NCBI GenBank assembly: GCA_963662405.2
Contig: CAXXKT010000001.1
Coordinates: 2,304,001-2,368,000 of the forward strand
Direction of reading: 5' to 3'
DNA: 64,000 bases
Source: Syntrophales bacterium
GTDB lineage: Bacteria; Desulfobacterota; Syntrophia; Syntrophales; UBA2210
Of the stretch, positions 31,656 to 40,569 are shown piece by piece. A model generated the notes under the pieces. That model saw nothing but the letters and a program-made list of their open reading frames with translations, did no database searches and was not told where the DNA came from. Numbering within the stretch: position 1 is the stretch's first letter; each line of letters starts with the position of its first letter. Both the position numbers and the translations under genes were made by a program.

Positions 31656-31692
31656 AAAGGGTTATGAAGATTCTCTTTATAACCCTTTTTCT
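31656..31692 (+). terminator. hairpin after the tRNA
   Basis: aaagggttat ... ataacccttt followed by a T-run. Confidence 0.7.
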
Positions 31693-31830
31693 TTTGACAA
31701 AAATAGGACAAAAAATCCCTCTCAAGTTTTTAGTTTGCTGATTACCGAGTGCGATTATTGAGGATACTTACAACTCCTCACATTCTTTTCATGAGCAACT
31801 CGATTCTACTGTTTGAAAATCTCGATCTAA

Positions 31831-31986
31831 TATTTCTTGACAAGACGCTGTTATGGGGTTAGTGATTTTGAATATTCTTGATCTTGAATGTATCGCACGT
31901 ACTCTTAACAGTTATAGCTGGGTGAGGGGATTATGGTCTGACAGTCTAAAGCCTTGTTTTTCACAAAGAGAGACAGGGCTTTTTTG
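31831..31986 (+). promoter_or_regulatory. promoter-leader-terminator module, copy A
   Basis: TTGACA 31837-42, 17-bp spacer, GGGGATTATGGTCTGA 31926-41, hairpin aaagccttgttttt-cacaaag-agagacagggcttt followed by Ts. Confidence 0.75.
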
Positions 31987-32107
31987 CTAACAGCTTAAGT
32001 TAATATCGCTGCCGGAAATATAATCCCGGTTACAATATAGGTTTTTTTCTTTTCTTCGGGAAGGAAGTTAATTGTTACCCGAAGTTTGCTGCGATAGGAG
32101 ATTATTT

Positions 32108-33466
32108 ATGTTAGAAAAATATTATCCTTATGAAGAAGACCTTCCTATATCAAAATTACGTGTTGATGTAAAAAACCCGAGAATTCCAGAACAACAAGAT
32201 AGTCAAATAGAATCTTTTCATTTGATGGCTAAAGTTCAGGAAGAAAAACTTATTGCCCTAGCAAAACATATTATCCAATATGGCTTAAATCCAGCTGAAA
32301 AGTTCATTGTCATACCTGACGATGAAGATCAATACATCGTTCTCGATGGTAATAGACGCTTAACTACTTTACGAATATTAGAAACTCCAGAAATTGTCCA
32401 AGGCCATCTGAAAGCTGATTACTCGCGGCAGCTAAAAAGACTGTCAGAAAAATATCTTAAGGATCCACTAATGGATGTACCTTGTCTTATTTTTCAGGAT
32501 AGGGAGCAAGCGGATCCATGGATTGAGCTAATTCACGATGGCGAGAGTGGTGGCGCTGGACTTGTTAAATGGAGTGCGCAGCAGCGAAGTCGCTTCCAAT
32601 CTAGAAAGGGTAAGAAGGCTTTACATCTCCAGGCTCTGGACTTTGTAATTGAAAATGGTGAATTAGAACCTGAAACAAAGACAAAGCTTGATCTTGGGAA
32701 ATATCCCGCAAGTACTTTACAGCGGGTAATTGGGACCCCGTATGTTCGCGATAAACTAGGGATTGCTTCCGTAGATGGAGAACTTCGCACACACTTTCCT
32801 AAAAAAGAACTACTAAAGGGTCTTACAAAACTCGTAGATGATATTGGCACTGGGAGGAAAAAAGTTGATGATTTCATGACACAAAAAAAGCGCATCGATT
32901 ATATCAATGCACTTACTCCCGACGAGCTTCCAGATCCAATTTTTTTTAGCGATGAATTGATAGCTCTTGCAGATGCTCCTGAAAATGGGACCTTTGATAG
33001 TGAGAATGATAGAGAGAAGAAAAGCGATCGTTCTCACAGCTCCAGAAGAAAAAAGTTAATTCCCTCAAATCTTCACTTAAATATTACAGAAGTGAGATTA
33101 AATGATATCTATATTGAATTAAAAAGGCGCTTAATCATAGAAGAACATACAAACGCTATTGCTGTTTTGATACGTGCATTTTTGGAAATGAGTGTAGATG
33201 GATATATCGAGAGGAATAATATCACTATTAATGGAAAAGATACTCTGCAAAATAAAATAATGGCTACTTCAGACTATATGGAAAATAATAATATCCTAAA
33301 AAAGAATGACTTGAAACCCATAAGAAGAGCTGCCTCTAAGGAAACAGACGCAAGCTCGGCTACGTCTTTACACGGATATGTGCATAATCGTCGTATACGT
33401 CCTTTGCAAGACGATTTAAGGGCTACTTGGGATACACTGCAAATATTCTTTGAAAAGATTTGGTAA
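32108..33466 (+). CDS. ParB/Srx-like N-terminal domain with putative HEPN-like C-terminal domain (defence-associated)
   Basis: NPR...VLDGNRRL ParB motif; C-terminal AVLIRAFLE...LHGYVH; SD AGGAG before ATG 32108. Confidence 0.7.
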   Translation: MLEKYYPYEEDLPISKLRVDVKNPRIPEQQDSQIESFHLMAKVQEEKLIALAKHIIQYGLNPAEKFIVIPDDEDQYIVLDGNRRLTTLRILETPEIVQGHLKADYSRQLKRLSEKYLKDPLMDVPCLIFQDREQADPWIELIHDGESGGAGLVKWSAQQRSRFQSRKGKKALHLQALDFVIENGELEPETKTKLDLGKYPASTLQRVIGTPYVRDKLGIASVDGELRTHFPKKELLKGLTKLVDDIGTGRKKVDDFMTQKKRIDYINALTPDELPDPIFFSDELIALADAPENGTFDSENDREKKSDRSHSSRRKKLIPSNLHLNITEVRLNDIYIELKRRLIIEEHTNAIAVLIRAFLEMSVDGYIERNNITINGKDTLQNKIMATSDYMENNNILKKNDLKPIRRAASKETDASSATSLHGYVHNRRIRPLQDDLRATWDTLQIFFEKIW

Positions 33467-33502
33467 ATATCTTTTTAAAAATTTTAAAATGGATGTATGT
33501 TT

Positions 33503-34390
33503 ATGTCGCATTTTCATTCTCCTTTACGATACCCGGGTGGTAAAAGAAAATTATCCAATTTTATTAAGCTAATTTTGAAAGAGAATAAACTCCTTGATGG
33601 TTACTATATTGAACCATATGCAGGTGGTTCAGCTGTTGCTTTATCCCTATTATTCAATGAATACGTCAGAAAAATCTATATCAACGACATTGATAAAAGT
33701 ATTTTTACCTTTTGGCATAACGTTTTAAATAATACGGATGCTTTATGTCAAAAGATTAAAGATACTGTAGTTTCTGTTGAAGAATGGAAACGACAAAAAA
33801 ATGTACAAAGCTCGGCAAATCCTGATCCGTTGGAATTAGCTTTTTCTACCTTCTTTTTGAACCGTACTAATCGATCTGGTATCATCTCTGGTGGTGTAAT
33901 TGGTGGGATAAACCAACAAGGCCGTTGGAAACTAGACGCGCGGTTTAATAAAAATGATCTTATAAAGAGAATCGAAAAGATTGGCAGATTTAAAGATAGA
34001 ATTGTTCTGTCAAATTATGATGCCGAATTTCTCTTGGAAAAAATATTGCCAAATTTGAATCAGCCATCTCTGATATATTTTGATCCACCATATTACGTTA
34101 AAGGAAAAGAAGCGTTGTATACTAATTTTTATATGGAATCAGATCATGCCCGTCTTGCTAATCGGATATGCAAGCTTACCTATCCTTGGATTATATCATA
34201 TGATAATGTAAAACCAATATTCAGTCTTTATAATCGATTTAGACATATTACTTACAGGTTAAATTATAGTGCTCAAAGTAGATATACTGGCAAGGAAATA
34301 ATGTTTTTTTCAGATAACCTAACTATACCAGAATTACCCGATCCAACAAGAATTAGCTCCAGGATATTTCAAGAAATTTATGCAGCATAA
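33503..34390 (+). CDS. D12-class N6-adenine DNA methyltransferase
   Basis: SPLRYPGGK, EPYAGG, DPPY, ISYD; start could be 33497. Confidence 0.92.
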   Translation: MSHFHSPLRYPGGKRKLSNFIKLILKENKLLDGYYIEPYAGGSAVALSLLFNEYVRKIYINDIDKSIFTFWHNVLNNTDALCQKIKDTVVSVEEWKRQKNVQSSANPDPLELAFSTFFLNRTNRSGIISGGVIGGINQQGRWKLDARFNKNDLIKRIEKIGRFKDRIVLSNYDAEFLLEKILPNLNQPSLIYFDPPYYVKGKEALYTNFYMESDHARLANRICKLTYPWIISYDNVKPIFSLYNRFRHITYRLNYSAQSRYTGKEIMFFSDNLTIPELPDPTRISSRIFQEIYAA

Positions 34391-34725
34391 ACAAGTGAAC
34401 ATGTAACCCACCAGCGTGGACGGGGATTTCGGAGGCTAAGTTTGTTATTCCCTATGTTTAGAAAATTTGGTGAGTAAATCGTTAAAACCTCATTCTCACA
34501 AAGAGGAATAGGATTTTCGTATTTTGTGGAGGGAGGTATGATTACCATTTATCCAATGTCTCACCCAGTTGGCTTTTGATCTTCATTGCCACGAAATGCT
34601 CAATGGTCGAAGCTCGATTGTATTAGATTTGTCGATGGAATTTCTTATTTTCCTGTTTTATCAATTGAAGCACGATTGTACGAAATTTCGGAAAATACCA
34701 AGTAAGAATATTACTTATTAGGGAC

Positions 34726-36012
34726 GTGGAAGTGACTGACCGAGACAGGCGTATCTCAGATCAACTCGTAAGACTTGTCCAGATCGTGTTTGGTCTGGTA
34801 GTTGCGCAAAGTTTTCTGCTTCACCGAGATATTGTTTTGCACCCAGTTTCACCGAAGAACTTTCTCTCAGCCTTGGCCTTAGCCACTGTCTACATCACGA
34901 CTGTGCTTAGCTGGATCGATTGGCACGTCACCATGGAGCTTCGACCCTACAACTTCAATCCCAGAAATCACTATCGCATGACTGAACAGTTTCGCCTTGG
35001 ACTGGACCTTCTTGTTGTTACAGTCTATGCGTATTTACTCCTTGCTGTAGGCGATCTCAAGCCTTCACCATTGTCCACTACTACCCCACAAGAGGTATCA
35101 AACGGTGGAGTAGCTTCTTTTCTTATGGGATTCCCCGTTCTCTTCGTAACTTATCTACTTTCCGGACTCGCTCGACGGCGTGCTCACGGTCGGCTCGCGA
35201 CCAATCCCTTACCTATCCTTGTCTTCGGCTTGGCATACATAGCATTATTGATCGCTTATTATTTTCTGCGCCCTGCACTTGGTGCAGGGTTCGCCATGTG
35301 GATCGACTTCGGTGCCATTCTAACAGCTTTTGTCCTGATGCTCGCCTACCGTCTGACAAGACGCTGGCTGGTCAAAAAGCGGTCCCAGCAAAAGAAAGCT
35401 GGTCTCGTTGTGGGAATTGATGTCGATGGGGTACTTGCCGATCAAATTTACGGTGTGCTGCCACGTGTTGAAACGCGCCTTGGAATACGGCTCAGCTATG
35501 AAGATGTGACAGAGTGGAGACTTCCGTTAGGCAACTCCGATATTGCCAAGGAGATCTCAATAGCTCTCGAAGATCAGGAGTATGTCTTGGATATGCCCCT
35601 TCACAAGGACGCTCGTAACGTCGTCGATGCACTATACGTGAACAACCGTGTCGTGATGCTAACGGGTCGGTCACCTGTCACAAAAGCGTGGACAAACCAA
35701 TGGCTACAAAACGCAGCGTTTACCTTTGACGGGCTGATCACAGCCGAGGAGGAGAAGAAAAGTTTATATCGTTCGGATGTCTTAATTGACGACTATATTG
35801 GGAATATTCGAGAGTATCTCGAGAAAACGCATGGCGTAGCGATTCTTGTTGATCAACCTTGGAACCGAAGGGAAAGATCTGAACTCCAAGCTTGGATTGA
35901 TGCTGGGAGGCTCCACATCGTTGTCCAGCTTCGCGATGTCCTCCCAATTGTAAGGGAACTTCGCTTGAAACGAGAGAATGAGCAAAGAAGACCACAAAAT
36001 CAACATCCATAA
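34726..36012 (+). CDS. multi-TM membrane protein fused to a HAD 5'(3')-deoxyribonucleotidase-like domain
   Basis: About six hydrophobic helices in the N-terminal half, then GIDVDGVLAD, LTGR, DVLIDD, PWN. Confidence 0.75.
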   Translation: MEVTDRDRRISDQLVRLVQIVFGLVVAQSFLLHRDIVLHPVSPKNFLSALALATVYITTVLSWIDWHVTMELRPYNFNPRNHYRMTEQFRLGLDLLVVTVYAYLLLAVGDLKPSPLSTTTPQEVSNGGVASFLMGFPVLFVTYLLSGLARRRAHGRLATNPLPILVFGLAYIALLIAYYFLRPALGAGFAMWIDFGAILTAFVLMLAYRLTRRWLVKKRSQQKKAGLVVGIDVDGVLADQIYGVLPRVETRLGIRLSYEDVTEWRLPLGNSDIAKEISIALEDQEYVLDMPLHKDARNVVDALYVNNRVVMLTGRSPVTKAWTNQWLQNAAFTFDGLITAEEEKKSLYRSDVLIDDYIGNIREYLEKTHGVAILVDQPWNRRERSELQAWIDAGRLHIVVQLRDVLPIVRELRLKRENEQRRPQNQHP

Positions 36013-36118
36013 CTTGAAAGATAACTGATTAATTTATTAAGTCGAGTTTTGCGGCTAGTAGTTTTATAGTATCTTTAGACCCGTGCTGTGCGCGAATGTA
36101 AAAAATTGTCGCAGCATC

Positions 36119-36625
36119 AGCTATCTCGTCGATCAGTAAAATGCGCTTGTATTTCATTGTGTTTTTTATATCAGCGTGACCGGCCAGATACTGGACCCGC
36201 CGAATAGGTATCCCTGCCTCGAGCAAATGCGTTATATAAGTGTGCCGGAGCGAGTGCAAGTTTATTGCCTCTCGGCAGCTTCGCCTTGGTTTGCAGTGTG
36301 AGGAAGGCTACGCTATGACCATTCGGGAGCAGTAAGGGCTCGTCCTCAGAGCCAAAAAAGTACCTTGCTTTTCTCTCAAGGAAGAGTTGCAAGAGACCGA
36401 CCAAATTCGTGTTGATCCCTACGATACGAAACTTTCCGCTTTTCGCTGAGAATTTGTTGGCGGCCGACGGCTGTATAGTAATAGTTCTCTTTTCTAGACC
36501 CACATCTTCAGTTTTCAGATAGACCCGTTCGCCACTGCGCATCCCCGTATAAAGATAGGTAGGCCATGATGAGGGGATATGCCTCCCCTCCGAAATGGCT
36601 GGTATTCTCCAGGGCGGTTTTAATA
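36119..36625 (-). pseudogene. frameshifted C-terminal remnant of a tyrosine integrase, paralogous to 42635-43777
   Basis: KFSAKSGKFRIVGIN, EPLLLPNGHSVAFL and HSLRHTYITHLL lie in different frames; DNA aligns by eye with ~42655-43155. Confidence 0.9.
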
Positions 36626-36747
36626 CCAGCGAGAATTCCCCGTTGAATCTAACAACTCATTCAAGGCGACAGCTAATACAGAGGTGGTCCGGTTTCTTTG
36701 GACAGGTAACAGGGATTTATAAGTGGGAAGTTGCCCTGGGTTTGTGT

Positions 36748-37578
36748 TCATGCCGCAGCCTGTCCCTGTGGTAGTGATTCAAAATAAACCATAGCCGGTG
36801 TCTTTCTGTCAAAAGTATTGTGCCACCGTTTCTCGTTGTAGAACTGAAAATAGTCGGTAAGCCCCTTCTTCAACTCTTTCATTGAACCGTATGCCTTCAG
36901 ATAGATATCTTCGTACTTGACGCTCTTCCAGAGCCGTTCGATGAAGACATTGTCCATCCATCGCCCCTGACCGTCCATGCTGATAGAGATATCATGAGAG
37001 CGAAGGACATCGATGAATGCCTGTGAGGTAAACTGACTGCCCTGATCGGTATTGAAGATAGCCGGGCGCCCATACGTGGTGAGTGCTTCTTCAAGCGCAT
37101 CCACACAAAACGCACTGTCCAACGTATTCGACAACCGCCAGGAGAGGACCATCCGACTCGCCCAGTCCATAACGGCTACCAGATAACAGAACCCTCGTTC
37201 CATGGGAATATACGTGATATCGGCAGACCATACGTGGTTGGGACGGATGATATCAAGTCCCCGTAACAGATACGGATATATCGGGTGCTGGGGATGCTTT
37301 ATCGATAATCTCGGCTTGATGTACAACGCCTCGATCCCCATGCGACGCATCAACCGACGTACCTTATCACGTCCGATATCATACCCTCTCTGCCACAGCT
37401 CATTGCGAATCTTCCGACTCCCATAGAAGGGATACTGAAGATGAATCTCATCAATCTGACGCATCAGCTCCAGATCCTTCGCGCTGACCGGAACCGGAGA
37501 GTAATAAACACTCGATCGGGACAGCTCCAAGAGTTCGCATTGACGGGTTATGGGCACACTCTTTTCTCTCTTGATCAT
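36748..37578 (-). CDS. IS3 transposase OrfB (DDE)
   Basis: YGSRKI, WSADITYI, NTDQGSQF, DNVFIERLW. Confidence 0.93.
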   Translation of the reverse strand: MIKREKSVPITRQCELLELSRSSVYYSPVPVSAKDLELMRQIDEIHLQYPFYGSRKIRNELWQRGYDIGRDKVRRLMRRMGIEALYIKPRLSIKHPQHPIYPYLLRGLDIIRPNHVWSADITYIPMERGFCYLVAVMDWASRMVLSWRLSNTLDSAFCVDALEEALTTYGRPAIFNTDQGSQFTSQAFIDVLRSHDISISMDGQGRWMDNVFIERLWKSVKYEDIYLKAYGSMKELKKGLTDYFQFYNEKRWHNTFDRKTPAMVYFESLPQGQAAA

Positions 37579-37877
37579 CGCTTTGCGCTCGTTCCGTTGA
37601 TGCGACCGAGCGCATGTGATAAAAAATCATTCTCCATCGATAACTGTCCGATCTTGGCGTGAAGTTCTTTTACATCCGGACCCTGGTTGTCCTTATGACC
37701 CTTGCCAAATACGTCCGATGCGTGATCCATCAACTGCTTCTTCCATGTGGTGATCTGGTTCGGGTGTACCTGATACCGCTCGGCAAGCTCAACGATCGTC
37801 TGGTCCCCTTTCAGTGCCTCCAATGCCACCTTCGCCTTGAAGGACGGTGCATGGTTCCTCCGCGGTCTCTTGCTCAT
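37575..37877 (-). CDS. IS3 transposase OrfA (HTH)
   Basis: FKAKVALEA...VHPNQITTWK; T TTT TTA near 37620-26 is a candidate -1 frameshift site. Confidence 0.9.
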   Translation of the reverse strand: MSKRPRRNHAPSFKAKVALEALKGDQTIVELAERYQVHPNQITTWKKQLMDHASDVFGKGHKDNQGPDVKELHAKIGQLSMENDFLSHALGRINGTSAKR

Positions 37878-37990
37878 ATCTCTTTCCTCCTTACGTCCAC
37901 TATAGAGCAACTTTCCCACTTATGCACCTGTCCAAATTTGCCCGACCAGCTCTTACTACGCCTGAATTCGATCGTTGGCCTAAAAAATGC

Positions 37991-38030
37991 TTGACCATTT
38001 CTGTTTTTGACGGCTATACTACGGCTATAC
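37991..38030 (+). promoter_or_regulatory. mazEF promoter/operator
   Basis: TTGACC-18-TATACT with direct repeat acggctatac at 38010-19 and 38021-30. Confidence 0.65.
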
Positions 38031-38045
38031 ATTAGGGGTGGTCAA

Positions 38046-38294
38046 ATGCTCGCAAAAATTCAGAAATGGGGAAATAGTCAAGGACTTCGTCTTTCAAAGA
38101 ATCTGCTGACAGATATTCAACTGGAAGTCGGTGATGAGGTTGATATCAGTGTAAAAAGCGGAATGATGATTGTCAAACCTGCAAAAATGATCCGTGGCAA
38201 GCATAATCTTAAGGATCTTGTTGCACGCATTCCTAAAAATTACCGAACCGGTGAATTGGACTGGGGTAAGCCGGTTGGTAAGGAGGTCTGGTAA
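38046..38294 (+). CDS. mazE: AbrB/MazE antitoxin
   Basis: KWGNSQGLRL and WGKPVGKEVW. Confidence 0.92.
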   Translation: MLAKIQKWGNSQGLRLSKNLLTDIQLEVGDEVDISVKSGMMIVKPAKMIRGKHNLKDLVARIPKNYRTGELDWGKPVGKEVW

Positions 38295-38630
38295 ATGGCT
38301 GCTTATGTCCCGAAACAAGGGGACATTATCACGATCACCTTTGATCCCCAATCCGGTCATGAGCAAAAAGGACGACGTCCTGCATTGGTTGTCAGTAAGG
38401 ATCTATTTAATCGAAGCACTGGATTGGCTATTGTATGCCCGATTACAAACACAAAGCGCGGCTTCCCCTTTCATGTCCCCATCCCTGAAAATAGCAAGCT
38501 CACCGGTTTCATTATGGTGGAACAAGTAAAATCGGTTGATTTCCGCACTCGTCGCGCTAAGCGAATTGAGCATAGTGACGACGAATTGCTTTCTGAAGTC
38601 TTGTCTATACTGGATGCCTGCATTTATTAG
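38295..38630 (+). CDS. mazF: PemK/MazF endoribonuclease toxin
   Basis: FDPQSGHEQKGRRPALVVS, CPIT, QVKSVD. Confidence 0.93.
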   Translation: MAAYVPKQGDIITITFDPQSGHEQKGRRPALVVSKDLFNRSTGLAIVCPITNTKRGFPFHVPIPENSKLTGFIMVEQVKSVDFRTRRAKRIEHSDDELLSEVLSILDACIY

Positions 38631-38828
38631 GTCGACCAAAAAATTATGCCGTAGCCGATAAGTGCCCAACCCCTCAATTTTATGTTATGAAAAGAAATGT
38701 ACAGTAAATTAGTCAAACGTGATTTTGTTGGTAGGAGGGAGAAATATCCTCACGAGCGACAATCATTTCAAACGTGACAGTGATGAAATACGTGTGTTTT
38801 GAGCATGGCAGGTGAAAGTCTCGACGAA

Positions 38829-38972
38829 AATTTCTTGACATGATACTATCATGAAGTTAATAGGTTAATGAAACATCTGTTTTATATCTGCTCGTGAATG
38901 ACTGTAAACACCGGGGGGATTATGGTCTGATCATCGAAGCCCTACTTCTCACGATGAGAGATAGGGCTTTTT
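38829..38972 (+). promoter_or_regulatory. promoter-leader-terminator module, copy B
   Basis: TTGACA 38835-40, GGGGATTATGGTCTGA 38915-30, hairpin aagccctacttctc-acgat-gagagatagggctt followed by Ts. Confidence 0.75.
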
Positions 38973-39023
38973 CATGTACAGCTCCAACATTATCGGTTTA
39001 ACAAAGTTTTTTAGGAGGACAGT

Positions 39024-40331
39024 ATGCGGCAAAATACCACTGTTAATCTCGGAAATCTTGCTCTCTCTCTTTCTGATGCCATGGACCTGTCCAATCCAAT
39101 GTTGATACAGCATCAGCAAAGAACCGCATTTGTTGTATGGGAAATGGGAAAGGCTGTAAAACTTTCCAATGAAAGACTGGAAAACCTCTTCATCGCAGCA
39201 TTGCTTCACGACATTGGTGCTTTTTCGTTGGAAGAGAAGATCTCTCTTCGAAACTCCGAAATGGTAGACGTTGAGCCTCATTGCATCCGCGGAGAAATGC
39301 TCCTTTCTAATATACCGTGGTTGCAGGATGCCGCGAAAATAATCAGATTTCATCACAGCCAATATCAAGACTTGGAACAACCCATTGAAGAGCCATTTAT
39401 TTTGGATTCGCAGCTACTGGCTCTCGCCGACTATTTAGAACGTCAGGTGATACGGGGTAAATATATTCTTCACCAACATGAAGATATTATCTCGGAAATA
39501 AAATCCTTGTCAGGTTCTCTTTTCCATCCCATGGTCGTAGATCTTTTCCTGGCAGCTTCCAAACGTGAAGAATTTTGGTTAGATCTAGTGTCCCCGAGAT
39601 TGTATTCTCTGCTCCTGCGAAGGGGACCCTTCAGGAAAATAGAGGCAGGGCTCGATGATATTTCACTTCTATCCGAACTTTTTCGAAATATTATTGACTT
39701 TCGTTCTCGTTTTACAGCGACCCATTCCTCGGGTGTCGCTACTGCAGCTGCCATGTTGGCAGAAAAGTTTGGTATGACTGAGACAGAAAAAGAACTCATG
39801 AGAATAGCGGGGAACCTGCATGATATCGGTAAGCTGGCGGTACCCAACAGTATCCTCGAAAAACCCGGTAAACTGACAAAAGCTGAGATGAATGTCATGA
39901 AATCCCATACGTACTATACGTATTGGATTATTGACACCATAGGAGGCCTCCAACAAATTGCGGAATGGGCGGCATTTCATCATGAACGTTTCGATGGTTC
40001 AGGATACCCTTTTCACTGTACAGAGTCTGAGTTGAATACCGGAGCTCGGATAATGATGATAGCAGATATATTTACTGCTCTGACTGAAGACCGGCCATAC
40101 AGAAAGGCAATGTCTAAAAACGAAACTATTGATATCATCAAACGGTTTTCGGATCGCCGTCTTATGGATCCTGCAATAGCCGATTTACTCTTCGATAACT
40201 TTGAAGAGATTTCGCATTATGTCACTGAACAACAGATAATCGCAAAAGATTTTTATGAGAAGCAATCCTCCTTTCTCACTTTAAATAAAGCAATTACAAT
40301 ATGTTATCTCGAAAAAGATGGCAAGCATTAA
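39024..40331 (+). CDS. tandem-domain HD-GYP phosphodiesterase
   Basis: Degenerate N-terminal HD domain; intact C-terminal LHDIGK, HHERFDGSGYP, DRPYR. Confidence 0.9.
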   Translation: MRQNTTVNLGNLALSLSDAMDLSNPMLIQHQQRTAFVVWEMGKAVKLSNERLENLFIAALLHDIGAFSLEEKISLRNSEMVDVEPHCIRGEMLLSNIPWLQDAAKIIRFHHSQYQDLEQPIEEPFILDSQLLALADYLERQVIRGKYILHQHEDIISEIKSLSGSLFHPMVVDLFLAASKREEFWLDLVSPRLYSLLLRRGPFRKIEAGLDDISLLSELFRNIIDFRSRFTATHSSGVATAAAMLAEKFGMTETEKELMRIAGNLHDIGKLAVPNSILEKPGKLTKAEMNVMKSHTYYTYWIIDTIGGLQQIAEWAAFHHERFDGSGYPFHCTESELNTGARIMMIADIFTALTEDRPYRKAMSKNETIDIIKRFSDRRLMDPAIADLLFDNFEEISHYVTEQQIIAKDFYEKQSSFLTLNKAITICYLEKDGKH

Positions 40332-40569
40332 AGAGCGTCCTCTATGTCGCAATTGGGGAAGTTTGTAAACGGCGGAATAAAATCTCTCTCATGTAATTGT
40401 TACTGATTCCGAAAAGGAATGTACAACAACTCTATTCGGTTTTATCTCCTCGATTTCAGAGAGAACAGCGCAGTAAAATACTTCTTTTGTCTCTCCTGCA
40501 GCAAAACTCTCATTTTTCTGCTTGCCCACAATTTTCAGCTTAAAAGTAAAATTAATTGCGTGAATCTGA

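Larger units (their letters stand above)
36680..37953 (-). mobile_element. IS3-family insertion sequence
   Basis: Imperfect terminal IRs agaggtggtccggtttctttggacaggt / agagctggtcgggcaaatttggacaggt; 3-bp direct repeat tac; orfA + orfB. Confidence 0.92.
36647..37980 (+). other. integron attC-like site split by the IS3 insertion (halves 36647-36679 and 37957-37980)
   Basis: Reconstituted 57 bp: ATCTAAC-AACTC-ATTCAAGGCG...CGCCTGAAT-TCGATC-GTTGGCC. Confidence 0.7.

Noticed and set aside
31620..31720. Second copy of the tRNA 3' end (att repeat) and gacaaaaa arm-type repeats
   Set aside because: No duplicate of the tRNA end was found in the window; the two gacaaaaa copies are too low in complexity to call
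34538..34705. Selenoprotein via the in-frame TGA
   Set aside because: No convincing SECIS hairpin or redox motif; a pseudogene or leader peptide is more likely
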